The notes under the pieces are model-generated. The model saw nothing but the letters and a program-made list of their open reading frames with translations. It ran no database searches and was not told the origin of the DNA. From Trichoplax adhaerens (lineage: Eukaryota; Animalia; Placozoa): a stretch of 64,000 nucleotides of DNA. A program made the position numbers and the translations under genes. The DNA is taken from positions 966,731 through 1,030,730 of the forward strand of contig NW_002060943.1 in the NCBI RefSeq assembly GCF_000150275.1, in the 5' to 3' direction. Positions 41,347 through 53,404 of this stretch are shown piece after piece (position 1 is the first letter of the stretch; each line of letters begins with the position of its first letter).

Positions 41347-44005
41347 AATCTAGATGTTAAAAAAAAGTGCAAAAAATTGTAGAGAACAAGTTGAAACCTT
41401 GCAGCAGAATCTGACCAATATTAAAAGGAGAAAATGACAAGATTTTCCTAGCTTGATATTTTAGATATTATGCTGTGATCAAAGTGATAACTAGTCAAAG
41501 TAATGGAGCTAAGCAGAAATTGGTATCACTTTTGCATTCCATTATCACATCAAAGAATTTTGTTATTGATCACAATGGCGACTGTGTCCTCATCTATTTT
41601 ACCATGCATCGCCTATGCAGCTATGCTATAAATCGCATCAACGTATATACATTTGCCTCTATAAGTATTCATATCTGTCATAGTCAATTCTTGTTGGTCA
41701 CTTTGGACATGAGTTGTTAAAATATTGTAACAGTAAAATAGGACATCTGTTTATATCCTAATAGAAATCTTTACCTTGGAGAATTTGCCAAGTGCAAATA
41801 TAGCATTCAATAGCAAGCGCAAAAAGGATGAATTATCACGACTAATAATCCAGGTAAAGAGCCAGATATCCACGAGGTTTTACTGTATTCGTACCAATCA
41901 CTGCCTGATAATTGCCAGCAATTCTGTAGACGTTTGCCCAAAGACGAGATAGGATGGATAACCAAAAGCGGAAACTTTCAATCATTTAAGTTGACAGCTA
42001 GCTACCTGTAGTTTAACTGATCAACGTTATCAACATGAAGGGAAAGGCTTGATGGCGTGGATCTTTCTTGTTATTTATGACTTTGCTGAGATCAAGTCCG
42101 TTACAGTACAGATCACTTGGTACGATTAAACACAACTCGAAACCTCTACGATAGAAGAAAATGAATTAGCGCGTTCCATTCTAGTACCAGACCATTTGTT
42201 TTTGATATGAAAAGTCTGCCCCGAAGAGAAGGCTGCCAAGTAGGCGTTGTTTACTATAGTTTACTGGCATCAACGCTGATCAAATTTTCAATTTAATTGC
42301 ATTATTGATGAATACCATCGACTAGAATGTCCTGTGCTGTGCATTTATAGTGGTGGCAGTCCATACAAATCGTCCTAGGAGAAAGTAGTACATTAAAGTT
42401 AATGATCGAAATAAATAAAAATAAATAATAATAAATAAATACCAATGATAATAAACTTTAAAGGATGCTCTAATTAATTACAGTTATTGGATAACATGGA
42501 TGTAGAGTATTAGCATACTGACTGTACTGTGGTAATTTCGTTGTTGATTAGTTATTGATTCGTGGAAAAAAATAAGTTATAAATAAGATATTTTCCCTTG
42601 GCATGTATTGGCCTATTTATACGTAAACATCCAAATTATAGGATTAATATACTGTAAGACAGACAGTGGATCGAGATTTAAGCTAATGGAACGAATTCTG
42701 ATTTTTCCAATGCACTTGTTGAACGTTGTTCAATATTGAATCTCTCTAGAGTCATTAAAATGGAAGTTTTTAACTACGCTAACTTTAATTACATCTGTTG
42801 TCCATCATGCTATGATAATGTTGACTAGAATTGACAAAAGAAAACAACTCTATAAAATGAAAGGGGTAAGAAAAAGTACTCTAAAATGTACTACAATGCT
42901 TCCAAAATGGAGATGAAATCAACTTTTCTCTTCCATTAGTTGATGGCTAATATCCATGGTAATGCCTTGTAGAATGGCTGATCGTAACTATCTAATCTAG
43001 CAATTGATATCTTGGGCCATACGAACATTCATAAGTACAGTACGGAATTTTTGCTGTACTGTATATCGCAATTTAAACCTTTCTGGGAATAACTGTTAAT
43101 TAATTAATTAATGGACTTGCTATCCTTGTAATTTATCGCTAGTTTCAAAATCGTAGACACATTTCGATGTGAAAGTGTACACTCTTGGTGTATACCTGAT
43201 ACATTTCATCACAAATTCTACAAATATTGACTGAGTTAATATCCACCGCAAACGCTATCAACTTATCTGCAGTTTTTTCGAAGATTGACAGTAAGTACAG
43301 TGGCAATATAACTACGGTATTAATGCATACTGGACACTACAAGATATTAAAACTATGACGATATGAGTTATCGTTGCAAAATATTGATCTTATCTTGCCG
43401 ATATTATTTATCATAAGCAAAGAAATTTATCTGATGCTTTATTATTGGAAAAATTAGTTTAATTATGAGACTCTTAAGCTGAAGTTAAATTCCCCCCCCC
43501 CCCAAAAAAAATTGCATTTTCGCCCGCATATTGCGTACAAAAGGAAAATTACCCAATATCAATAGATGGTAGTTGTTTAGGAAAATGTTGCGGGCACAGG
43601 TTTTGTTATTTCTTTATTGGATTGAATAATTTTGGGCAGTGACGATTTATTAATTATTATGAAAGGAAAACAACTAGCGTTGACCTAGGAATCGAATTAG
43701 ATCGTCTAGAATAGCCCAGCCCCAGGATAGCACTTGATTTTCACGCTGGGTCCATCGCTGTTGTCGGAAATACTCGCAATTTACGGAATAAATATGAATA
43801 ACTTTATTGAAATTGGTTACTGTCATATCTCTCTTTAGTGGTTGTCTTAATTTACATTATTGGAATTGTCGCTGTTGACGAGCCTGTCGGTATCTTTTAT
43901 ATGAGAAAATAAAAACAAAATTGTTATTCATACTCCTGTGACGAGAATAAATGATAAAGGATATCACTGTCCTGATAGGCAACATAGATGGAGGTAACCG
44001 ACAAA

Positions 44006-44415
44006 AAATTCTAAACTGTACCAGACGTCGTGTCTGAGATTTAAAATCTGTCTACCTCACTGGTGGATAAGTTACTTATCGTTTCGCTACACAAAATAGA
44101 AAATTTAAATTGCCATCGGTATCTTTTTCTTTTACCGCCGCCTTGACGATAGATGTAGAGATCTTCATGGTCTGGCCTGGACCAGACCATGAAGACCTCT
44201 AGCTGCAAGTTTTCGATCGTTTTGTACAGTGTTAGCACATTTAGACAGAGAAATTCTAAACTGTACCAGACATGGTGGCGGTATTTGAGATTTAAAAATC
44301 TGTTTATCTCATGCACTAATTAGTGGACAAGTTTAGGTTCATTTCGCTAGATAAAATAGAATCACTACATTTGTCATCGATATCTTTTCCTTTTGGCGCC
44401 GCCATGATGATAGGT
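44006..44415. repeat. Two diverged ~165-bp direct repeats (about 245-bp spacing) flanking a long hairpin
   Basis: AAATTCTAAACTGTACCAGAC...TGAGATTTAAAA...TTTCGCTA...AAAATAGAA...CATCG.TATCTTTT...CGCCGCC.TGA.GATAG near 44006 and 44251. Hairpin at 44156-44201. Confidence 0.85.
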
Positions 44416-45105
44416 CTCTCCTGAGGCTTAGCGTTGAAACTTGAAAGTTTATTCTTATTTCTGTGTTACGATACGAGTATTATCATGACTTTCGTGACTA
44501 TGGCGATGGATGTATTTTTTCTTCTACCGTTATAGTCATGGCCATCAAAATGAAAAATGTGATGTTGTGACTTGATTTTGCCTTCGTCTAGTGCTTGACG
44601 TTAGTCAGTGACAGATCGAAAAAGAATTTCTGAAACTTAATTTACAGTTAACACTGTAGTTAGCCCGTTCAATTATTTATTACTCATGTCTGTACAGTAT
44701 ACCACACAGTTACTGTGGCGGTACATTTTGGATTAATGTTGATCTCCATTTCCTATACCGTGACTGCAATATTGAGCGATGATGCTTCTACGCAACAAAT
44801 GATGAAAAATAACGATGGAAAATTCTACAGTACTGTAGCGGTTTGGCCATTAATGTGCTAAATACGCAATGCAAAAACATGGTTGCGAGCGATCCTCTCG
44901 TAGTCAGAGGTAATTCAGACCTTCAGCACCATTGAAATATGTGGATACTTATTTGCTATTTCTGTCGCTTTATCAAAGAATAAGAAACGCTGCATTGTGC
45001 GCTACTTTATAAGAACTTCTATTTTTTATTCAGTTCCTTTAGCGATAGCTACAACATCGATTCCTTAAAAATTATACAAGATTGGTTTCGCATACAACAT
45101 AATTT

Positions 45106-46500
45106 CTAAGATGCCTTAGTTGCACGAGTGTAAATGACTTGTGCGTGGTGTTTGTCTATAACTTTGATTAGTCCTTTCTGTTGTAATTCCTGCAAGGCAC
45201 GCTTAGCCAATGAAATACGTATTTTCAGTCTTTCTGATACGACAGATGGAGTAATAAGTTTGTAACTAGGAATTTCCTTGTAAAGCTTGTCGTAGGTAGC
45301 CTTGTCGAATAATACCAAGTTGTTCAGCTTATCGCGAGCTTTAACTTTTGACCATTTCTACAAATAGAAGGAAACATAACAGAAGTAAATTAATCTCACG
45401 ATTTGTTCAAGTTCATTACTAGCTCAAATATTCCACGTTGTGATACTGTAACGACTAAATCGTTAACTAATCAATGTAAGAATTCCATTTACTGCAGTAG
45501 AAACTTTATGTCCAGGAGATATAAATGAGTTACTGCATTACCTTACATGACATCTGACTACTGTACATCACTTTCTTGTTTCAACTTGAATATCGCAGTA
45601 GTTATCCGCGAATAATTATTACCGATACTAGCAACTAGAAAATACAGTACTGTATAGTACAACTTTTATAGAAGGACTGGTGTCCCAATCGTTTACTCTG
45701 TGTGCATCAGGAAATACATCGATACAGTCATATTGAGAATGGATCAGTACAATTATGAATATACCTTCTTTTTGGCTTTTCCACCACCAGACGCAGCTTT
45801 GGCCTTTTGATCCTTACTCTTTATCGGCTTTTTTGGAGGCTAAACGATGGTATAACAGAAAAAGAATCACTTTGACTTTTTGCATATTACCATTCCCATG
45901 ACAAAATATAGTACAGGTACAAGCACATAAAAATAAAGCGTGGACTACATCTATGATAGGAAATATGCATTCAGGAATAAACTGTTCATCATTTCAACAT
46001 AACGTAATAAGAAGGCAACATTGTACTTTCTAAGACTATCTTTGATTGGGGGGGGGGGGATACGTGAACTAAAGTACGAGTATACTGAGAACTGGACAGT
46101 CAGCTCATCCGTTTTTTCGCATGGAAAGGATGAAAAATGTCCTTAAAATGAGTTTTCTAAAACTGACTGTGTTATTTCACTACTAATCATACTAGTATTT
46201 GTCAAGAGTAAGTTTAGGTTGGCTTTCTTGCATTTTAGAATTCATTATTGCCAGAGAAAGCATCCCAGTAGGTGCAAGAATTACAATCAGTATAAAGCCA
46301 TCCACGAAAAGGACTAGGGCACACCATATTCAAGGATGAATATACTGTACATTTATCCACAAAATGAACAGAATAAGACATGGAACTATACCCCTGATAC
46401 TCAATATTGAATTCATGTTGTATAACGAGCTTTAATTAAGAATAGTATCAAGTTGAAGGCGTTGGATGGCATAAAAGATTGAAAAAAAATGGCTTACCAT
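45106..46500 (-). CDS. RPS25: 40S ribosomal protein S25 (eS25)
   Basis: Exons 46498-46500 (ATG), 45765-45839, 45106-45357. Translation MPPKK...[63 protein letters not shown]...[11 protein letters not shown]. Confidence 0.98.
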
Positions 46501-46531
46501 AACTACAGATCTCCTCGCAGAACCACCGAAC

Positions 46532-46543
46532 TAGAAAAAAGGC
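46532..46543 (-). promoter_or_regulatory. TCT/5'TOP-like polypyrimidine initiator of RPS25
   Basis: Minus strand reads GGCCTTTTTTCTAG about 35-40 nt upstream of the ATG. Animal ribosomal protein genes typically initiate at a C followed by a pyrimidine tract. Confidence 0.6.
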
Positions 46544-46624
46544 CGAGATGAGGTTTGCTTCCTCGTGTTACGCTAAACGTAGCAGATTTACACATGCGTA
46601 AAAGAATTGCTGCGAGCAAATAAT

Positions 46625-47340
46625 CTCTGCTACAGTGTAGTACCGGACTGTGTACTGTACAGTAGTGTTTTCTCTTACCTGGACTGCACTGTGCACTGTG
46701 GATTCCAGCACAGTACAGTAAAGTTCCCCTTTACAGTGTACAGTGCCGTACTGTACGGTACTGTACAGTACTGTACTGTACTGTCCAATTTCTGTCCGAC
46801 TTCTGAGACAGTAGTCCCTCCGTTCTTGTACCGACTAGATGATCAACTTGTCCATTTTTGCGCAAAATGGACAAGTTCTTTTACTGTACTGTACAGTACT
46901 TGTACCGACTAGATGATGGACTTGTTCATTTTGCGCAAAAATGGACAAGTTCTTGTACTCCACTGTACAGTACTTGTACCATGGAGTAACAAAATCTGAA
47001 CAGAAACTTCCCTTCTATGGCGTGATACTATACTGTACTAGACAAGTCTGGACAGTATTGTTGAATGCAAATGTGCAGTACAATAACTGCATCATCATTC
47101 ACCCAGTGCATGTTCCAATGTATCGGATTTTGCGATGATGAACGTCAAGGACTACTAGGACTACTAGAAAAAAAAAAAACACACTTTTATCAGTCAGTAG
47201 TACACTGTATTGTACATGAAGTGTACAATCATGGACTAATCGAAGAAGACCCTTCTCCTTCTGCGAGTAGTCCATGATACAATCTACCAGTATATTGTAT
47301 ATTGAGTATACTGTACTGTACTGTACAGTATATCTGATCC
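46625..47340. repeat. TACAG/CTGTA pentamer island in the RPS25-ZNHIT2 divergent intergenic region
   Basis: Dense runs such as GTACTGTACAGTACTGTACTGTACTG. They give spurious YSTVQ/CTVL ORFs. Confidence 0.85.
46825..46980. repeat. 74-bp tandem repeat (2+ copies), each with a ~33-bp palindrome centred on TTGCGCAA
   Basis: CTTGTACC starts at 46825, 46899 and 46973. Core AACTTGTCCATTTTTGCGCAAAATGGACAAGTT. Confidence 0.9.
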
Positions 47341-47764
47341 GCAATGTCTGGCTCACAGCGTTGGGAGCACTAATAAAAGTCCGGTACAGTAGTCCATGTC
47401 CAATTGTCCATGAGATGTCTGTCGGTATGAAAATCGTTGATCAGCCTTAATACTGTTAATACTGGAACAGGAGGAGTCGGGCACGGATTTCGGCATGACT
47501 GACGGACAGACTGATTCACCTTGCTGACGTATTTTGCAGTGAATGTTCCAGCCATTGATGCTGAGGTTTTACTAGCACGCGAAGACATGGCGTTGCATCG
47601 CCAACCATTGCAACTTATTCCATTTTCTTGATGCCCATGGATTGTGCTAGCCTGTAAACTGTAATTACGATACAATTTAGCTCTCCTTTTTGAATACTAT
47701 GAGCTAGAGTATACTGTGTGTATATCATTATCATTCAGAACAGTTGCCTTGATCAATAAGTACC

Positions 47765-50700
47765 ATGGATGATATTAAAATCACCGAAACCGAAGGCTCC
47801 ATTGGTAAACAGGATCGAATTTGCGAACTGTAAGATAACTGGCTTGGTTATTTCTTACTTACTGTACAAATGGACCTAATTTAACTTTCAGAATAGCTTA
47901 AGCATCTGCAGTATCATTATTGTACACTAGCTTAATGCAGTCATGGACTGTAGTCTACTGTAGTATGCAAGTTAGTGTAGCGTGTTGTCCAGTCAATATA
48001 AATACTCGTAAGAATAGAGCTCGATGTATTTCTTTGCATAGTGTAGCGTGTTGTCCATTGAATAGAAATGCTCGTCAGAATAGAGCTCGACGTATTCCTT
48101 GTATAGTGCATTATGATTGGAAATCATAATGCTCAGGTAGTATGTATACAGTGAAATGGACCTTTGTGAAATAATTATTCTTGGCAAAATGTGCTTAGGC
48201 GGCTAGATTATCCTTAAACGAAAGACTTTTGAAATCATTTTATGTCAACGCTTCTATTATACTGTGAATAATGGATATATCATTGATTGAAATAGGTGCA
48301 GGAAATGTTATTCTCGTTACACATGCCCGCGATGTAACATCAATTACTGTTCATTACAATGCTATAAATGCCAGGTAAAATGCCAGGACTTTACTATAAC
48401 CTGTGGTAAAGATAGATACGCGTCTTTTAAAGCTCACAATATATCTAAACTACAGTATTAGAAATGCTCTTACAGACAAGCATTTCTGAAAATTGATCGA
48501 AATGCAAATGAATTTGATGACTGTATCAGAAAGTCCTATTAGCGGTCAAATAAGCTGTTAAAGTATACCATATATGGCCATATTAGGGCGCTAACTAAAT
48601 TGTATCTCTTATCTGCATAAAATGATAGAAGCACCAACAATGTTCTGAAGTATTTTATAAGGATCATGTTATGGAAGAGTTAAAAAATAATCGTGCTAGG
48701 TGAACCTTCATAACATCATACAATAATACTCGTATATCACTGTATCTTCATTTTGAAGAAATAATTTGCAACAGTGTACTATTCATACATTTAGAATGAT
48801 ATAAACTTTCAACTTGCTAATTTGTGTCTTTCTATATGTTACAGTCAAGATGACAAAGAAAAAATTCTCAATATTCTGCAAAGGCTCAATGAAAGTGAAT
48901 CTATGCACGAGGGTATGCATACATACATATTCATCAACCATGCTTAGTCTATTTCTTCGTAAATTACAATTATGGGACATCTCCTCTAACTATGAGTAAT
49001 ACGTTGTAAAAGAACTATCGTTCGATAATTTCAAAATGATGTAATAATGGCTATATATTAAACCGAAACCATCAACTATGATCATTAGAGGACTCGGATG
49101 GTTTATCCCTATCTGAAAGATTGTCAGATTTAAACCTAGGTATGGTATCTTTAAAGACTGAATGAAATTTTTCACCAGTATAATATGATAATGCTTTTAA
49201 CTATATCGCATATAGACAAAGATCTCAATGTAGTCTGGGAAAAGTTGAGCGAAAAAGAGAAGCAAGACTTTGAGCAATGTCTTACTAATGGCAACATAAG
49301 TAGATTAATATCGTTGTGGCAACCGTGGTGGCGAACTAATGTAGCAAAGGTATTACCTTAAATTTGTAAATTTACCGTAAATCGTGGTGTAATAGGCAAC
49401 TTTAAACATCTTTTAACGTATTATTTTATAATAAAAGGGTGAGAGAATCAAGGTTGTCGATAACGACGATGATGGAAAATCGCAAGTGAAGCAAAATGGT
49501 CTTTTACCAAAACTTCATCGAGATTTTTTAAGTCCAGAATCAATTGGCAGTGTATGCAAGCTATAGATTACGCATTACATATTCGTACTGTATACTATGA
49601 TAATTTCATAGGAATATAGAATAATCATATTTAGCTCCATTAATATAGCTGAGAACTGAACTATTTTCTTTCATCATCAGGTACCCGCTGCGAAAGAAAT
49701 ACAGTATAACCTGATAAATATATTGTATCTTTTTATCTTGTCATCTTTGTAATAACTTTCTATTAAACTTGATATGCTATTATGGCTACGTTCATGGATA
49801 AGTACTGCAACTGTTTTGAGGATATAAGAATTAACAAAAATATCAGATATTCATACGCTTATACTTGTCGCCTATTTAACGGTGGTCACTTTGATAATCC
49901 ATTGGAAAGCATTCAGGTACCAAAAGAATGAATGAAGCTCGACTAGTTCTAAACAATTGAGTCGTACTGTATAGATATCACATTATACGTATTGCAATCA
50001 TTTTAGGTCATTTTTCAAATCAGTAATGTACTGAAAGAAAATGCTGTGTACCAAGAAGCAACATCAGCGCTTCATTACGCGATACGAGCTGTTGAAAACG
50101 TGAGTTAAATAATACTTTCTACGCAAAGTTATTACACTGCAGGTATACGACTTGATCTTATATCAATAGAAATAAATTGGTGACTCTTAACTTTTTAGAA
50201 TAAGGTTATATATAATTCAGCTGAATTCTCAATGGCAATCATAGATGACGTACATGATATTTTAAGTAAGCAACAAATGACGGAAAATGGAAAATGTTCT
50301 TTTACTATGCTTGCTTTATCTGATTTATACCGACTGTCCGAGATTGCAAGGAAAACTTTAACCAACGGTACTAATGGTAAATGTTTGCTTTTACATATCA
50401 CACTGTTTGAAGCAGTTATAAATTTGACGATGAGTACTGACTGTATCTCCGCTCTATAACCTTAGCATCTACTGCAATCAATAATGGTATTATTACTAGT
50501 AAAATCCTTTGGTATGCTAAGAAGAAAATCTACTTCTATCTTTCGTGGGCGTCAAAAAGATCGAATGATTTCATGTCCATAGCGACTACTATTTTGCTCG
50601 AACGAGGTTCATATTTAATTTTGTTATTATGTACAGCAGCGCAAATTGGCTTAACTTGCAAATATAACGCCATCATTTGATCTATTAATTGATGTTGTGT

Positions 50701-50820
50701 TGAAATACTTCAGATAACCTGAAATTATTACTAAATCAACATGAAGGTCTCAAGAGAAAAGTAGAAGACGTTATGCATAATAAAGCACCGAGATTCAGAA
50801 AGCTTGTAGAGGAGTTATAA
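47765..50820 (+). CDS. ZNHIT2: Zinc finger HIT domain-containing protein 2
   Basis: Multi-exon. zf-HIT CEL/CRKCYSRYTCPRCNINYCSLQCY..KHQQCSEVFYKDHVMEEL, then LWQPWW, YNLINILYSYAYTCRLFNG, AKKKIYFYLSWA, ending KLVEEL*. Confidence 0.88.
47973..48108. repeat. 66-bp tandem duplication in ZNHIT2 intron 1
   Basis: AGTGTAGCGTGTTGTCCA...CTCGT.AGAATAGAGCTCGA.GTATT.CTT at 47974 and 48040. Confidence 0.9.
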
Positions 50821-51547
50821 AGTAAATTTCAATAGAAATTTGTTAAGCTAGCCCTAATTAGGAGTATAAGTCGGTAATTTATTGAACTACATACATATAT
50901 CATTCGATGTATTATTGCACAAATTATCTAGATTCGATTGTATAAAAGGAATAATAGTAAACATTAATAATATCATTTTAAGCTTATATTTCGATGTGTC
51001 CATATCTTCCAATATATACACCATTGTACGCGTAGGTAGATTTACATCATATTTATACGATAAACTGACCATTAAATCTAATCGTTATCGATGATAACGA
51101 TCCGAAATTGTCAGTATCAAGGTAAAAATTGTACAATATCTACTATTAGACTACATTTTTCATGATATAAATATTAAAATTTGATATTATATCAAAATAC
51201 TACTAGCTCTATCAATTTTCACTAATTTCTGCATTCAAGATTTATCATTAGAAATTTGTAAGGCGCTTTATGTAAGTTACATGGAGTCCATTGTATCGTA
51301 AATATAGTATATTATACAGTATATATATATATATATATACACACATTTTCACTATGGTAAATTTAGAAAAGTGGTATCGTTACAACATGGAAATTTTTAG
51401 AGTGTTCATTACATGCAATAATATACAACACCGTATTATATTGCAAATGAATTAAGACTGTTTCGAAAAGTCACGGTCAAAACACATAGTTATTGTTTCA
51501 AGCTTTGACTTTCAAGATATCACTGATACATATTAGAACTATAGCTA

Positions 51548-53404
51548 CTATACATTTTGTATAGGTACCGGTGATTCGGCTATATTGCTCCTATGTGACA
51601 GTTTCAACAGTCTTTTTCCCAGTTTAATATTGTGTTGTTGCAAGTACCGAATCATATCAGCTTGCTTTTCTAGGATATCATCCAGATAATCTGCATCTCT
51701 GCTAACGTAAATTATAAAACAAAGATTTGAAGGTTAATAAAATTATACTTTTCTTCGAATATAAGATTGACTACATATTTTAAATAACAAAGCAATCCAA
51801 CAACCACACTCTGAACACAAATTTAAAAACAGGCATAATTTAGTGATTATCTTCAACAGGTAATGTACTGTACATCAATATTTAGATAATTTACCTAGCT
51901 CCGGTAATAATTTCGGAATTGTACGGTGCACCACAATTTAAAACATTTTCTTCGTCAAGGTCTGGAAATGGCCGGCGTTTGTTAAATTTGGCGACATAAA
52001 CTAATAATAAGGATAGAAATTAGGTCAGCCTAAGGTTACACTTTGTTCAAAAAATTCTCATTACCACACAATATTATCATTTCTAGCTAATTTTACGATG
52101 AAAATGAATCAACTTGAATTGCAATTTTTGACATAAAGAAATTCAGATTTAAAAGCGATCGCTATTAAATAGGGTTGAAGGCATTAAATACAAAAATGGC
52201 ATGCTTCCGGTAGACTATTAAAGCAGTGCAATGGTAATAATTTGGACTTCAAGTTACTTTCGATATTTATCAAAGTATATAGCCTAATAATACACTGGCA
52301 ATTAACAATTGAGCTTCTTACCTATGTAATAGATAATACATGGTAAACACACTGCAACTTCAATGGAAGCAAAAATTTCTACATAATGATAAGGTTTCAA
52401 TACTTTGGTAGGCACTGTATCATATATGCCAAGCATTAGCAACATTGCAGCATTACCTAAATAATTTTGTCCAACATTTCTAAGCATTAATACTGATAGC
52501 ATGTCACATTTTGTACGAAATTTATTTTGATAAGAAAATTAATGAATATATATATACATAGCTAATACTGCCTTACCAGTAGATAAACAGTAGAAAGGAA
52601 CTCGTCTAATGTGCCTAGTTTTTCTGTAACATTTAAGATAACCATGATTGCGAGACAATCGATGATAAAACTGTAGTGTACCATCGATGATGGCAACAAT
52701 TAACCATAAGCCAGAGTGAAACATTGCGAGTAAACTAAACTGCGGGTAATGACCGCGTGTTATTTTTTTGGTAAGCGCGAATGGAAATGCGAATACCGCA
52801 ACTTCAAATATAATCTAAGATGAAATCATGGTCGGTTGAGTAATAAGTATTACTAGCTTTCGTGCGACACTGGCAATTTGAGTGTTGCAGCTTATCGTAT
52901 AATTCTAATTAGTTCTATGTATTAATTACTACAGCTAGATTTTAAATCTTTTCATGTTCTTCTTACCAGTAATAATCCTTCAAGTACCATTAACCAAACA
53001 GTAGGTAACGTGCTGAATCGTTGATGTGGAGTTGTCAAAACTGCGGTATCAGCTGAACTTAACATACTTTCAGCGTTAACTTCAGTAATATCGGCAGATA
53101 GATGTCCAGCATCAGCATCAGCATCAAAAAAGTATCCCTAGATAATGGATAAAATAAATTTTCATTATGTAGGGTCCTTACAAAAGTTTACAGTTGGATA
53201 GCTGCGATGAAAGTGATGACGATCAGGTCTATGGTAAAGTTATCTCGATATCCCGGCATACATATTTTCTATCATAGGTCTTTATGCATATATAGCTGCA
53301 TTTAACAACAGTAGCATTTTGCAACACGTACAGCAGAGTTTCATAACTCATTTATTGAAGGGTTACGATAGAGCCATACGAATAGGGACGCTCACATTTA
53401 CCAT
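51548..53404 (-). CDS. TMEM192: Transmembrane protein 192 (lysosomal)
   Basis: GYFFD..., RFSTLPTV, hydrophobic TM exons, HGYLKCYRKTRHIRRVPF, KFNKRRPFPD, C-terminal LEKQADMIRYLQQHNIKLGKRLL. The first exon (MVN, ATG at 53404) is tentative. Confidence 0.85.

Noticed and set aside
43675-43750. B-box-like TTCGATTCC on the minus strand suggesting a tRNA or SINE
   Set aside because: No A box or cloverleaf could be built.
46825-46980. CRISPR-like palindromic repeats
   Set aside because: Eukaryotic context, only two copies, the intervening sequence is also repeated (no unique spacers), and there are no cas genes.
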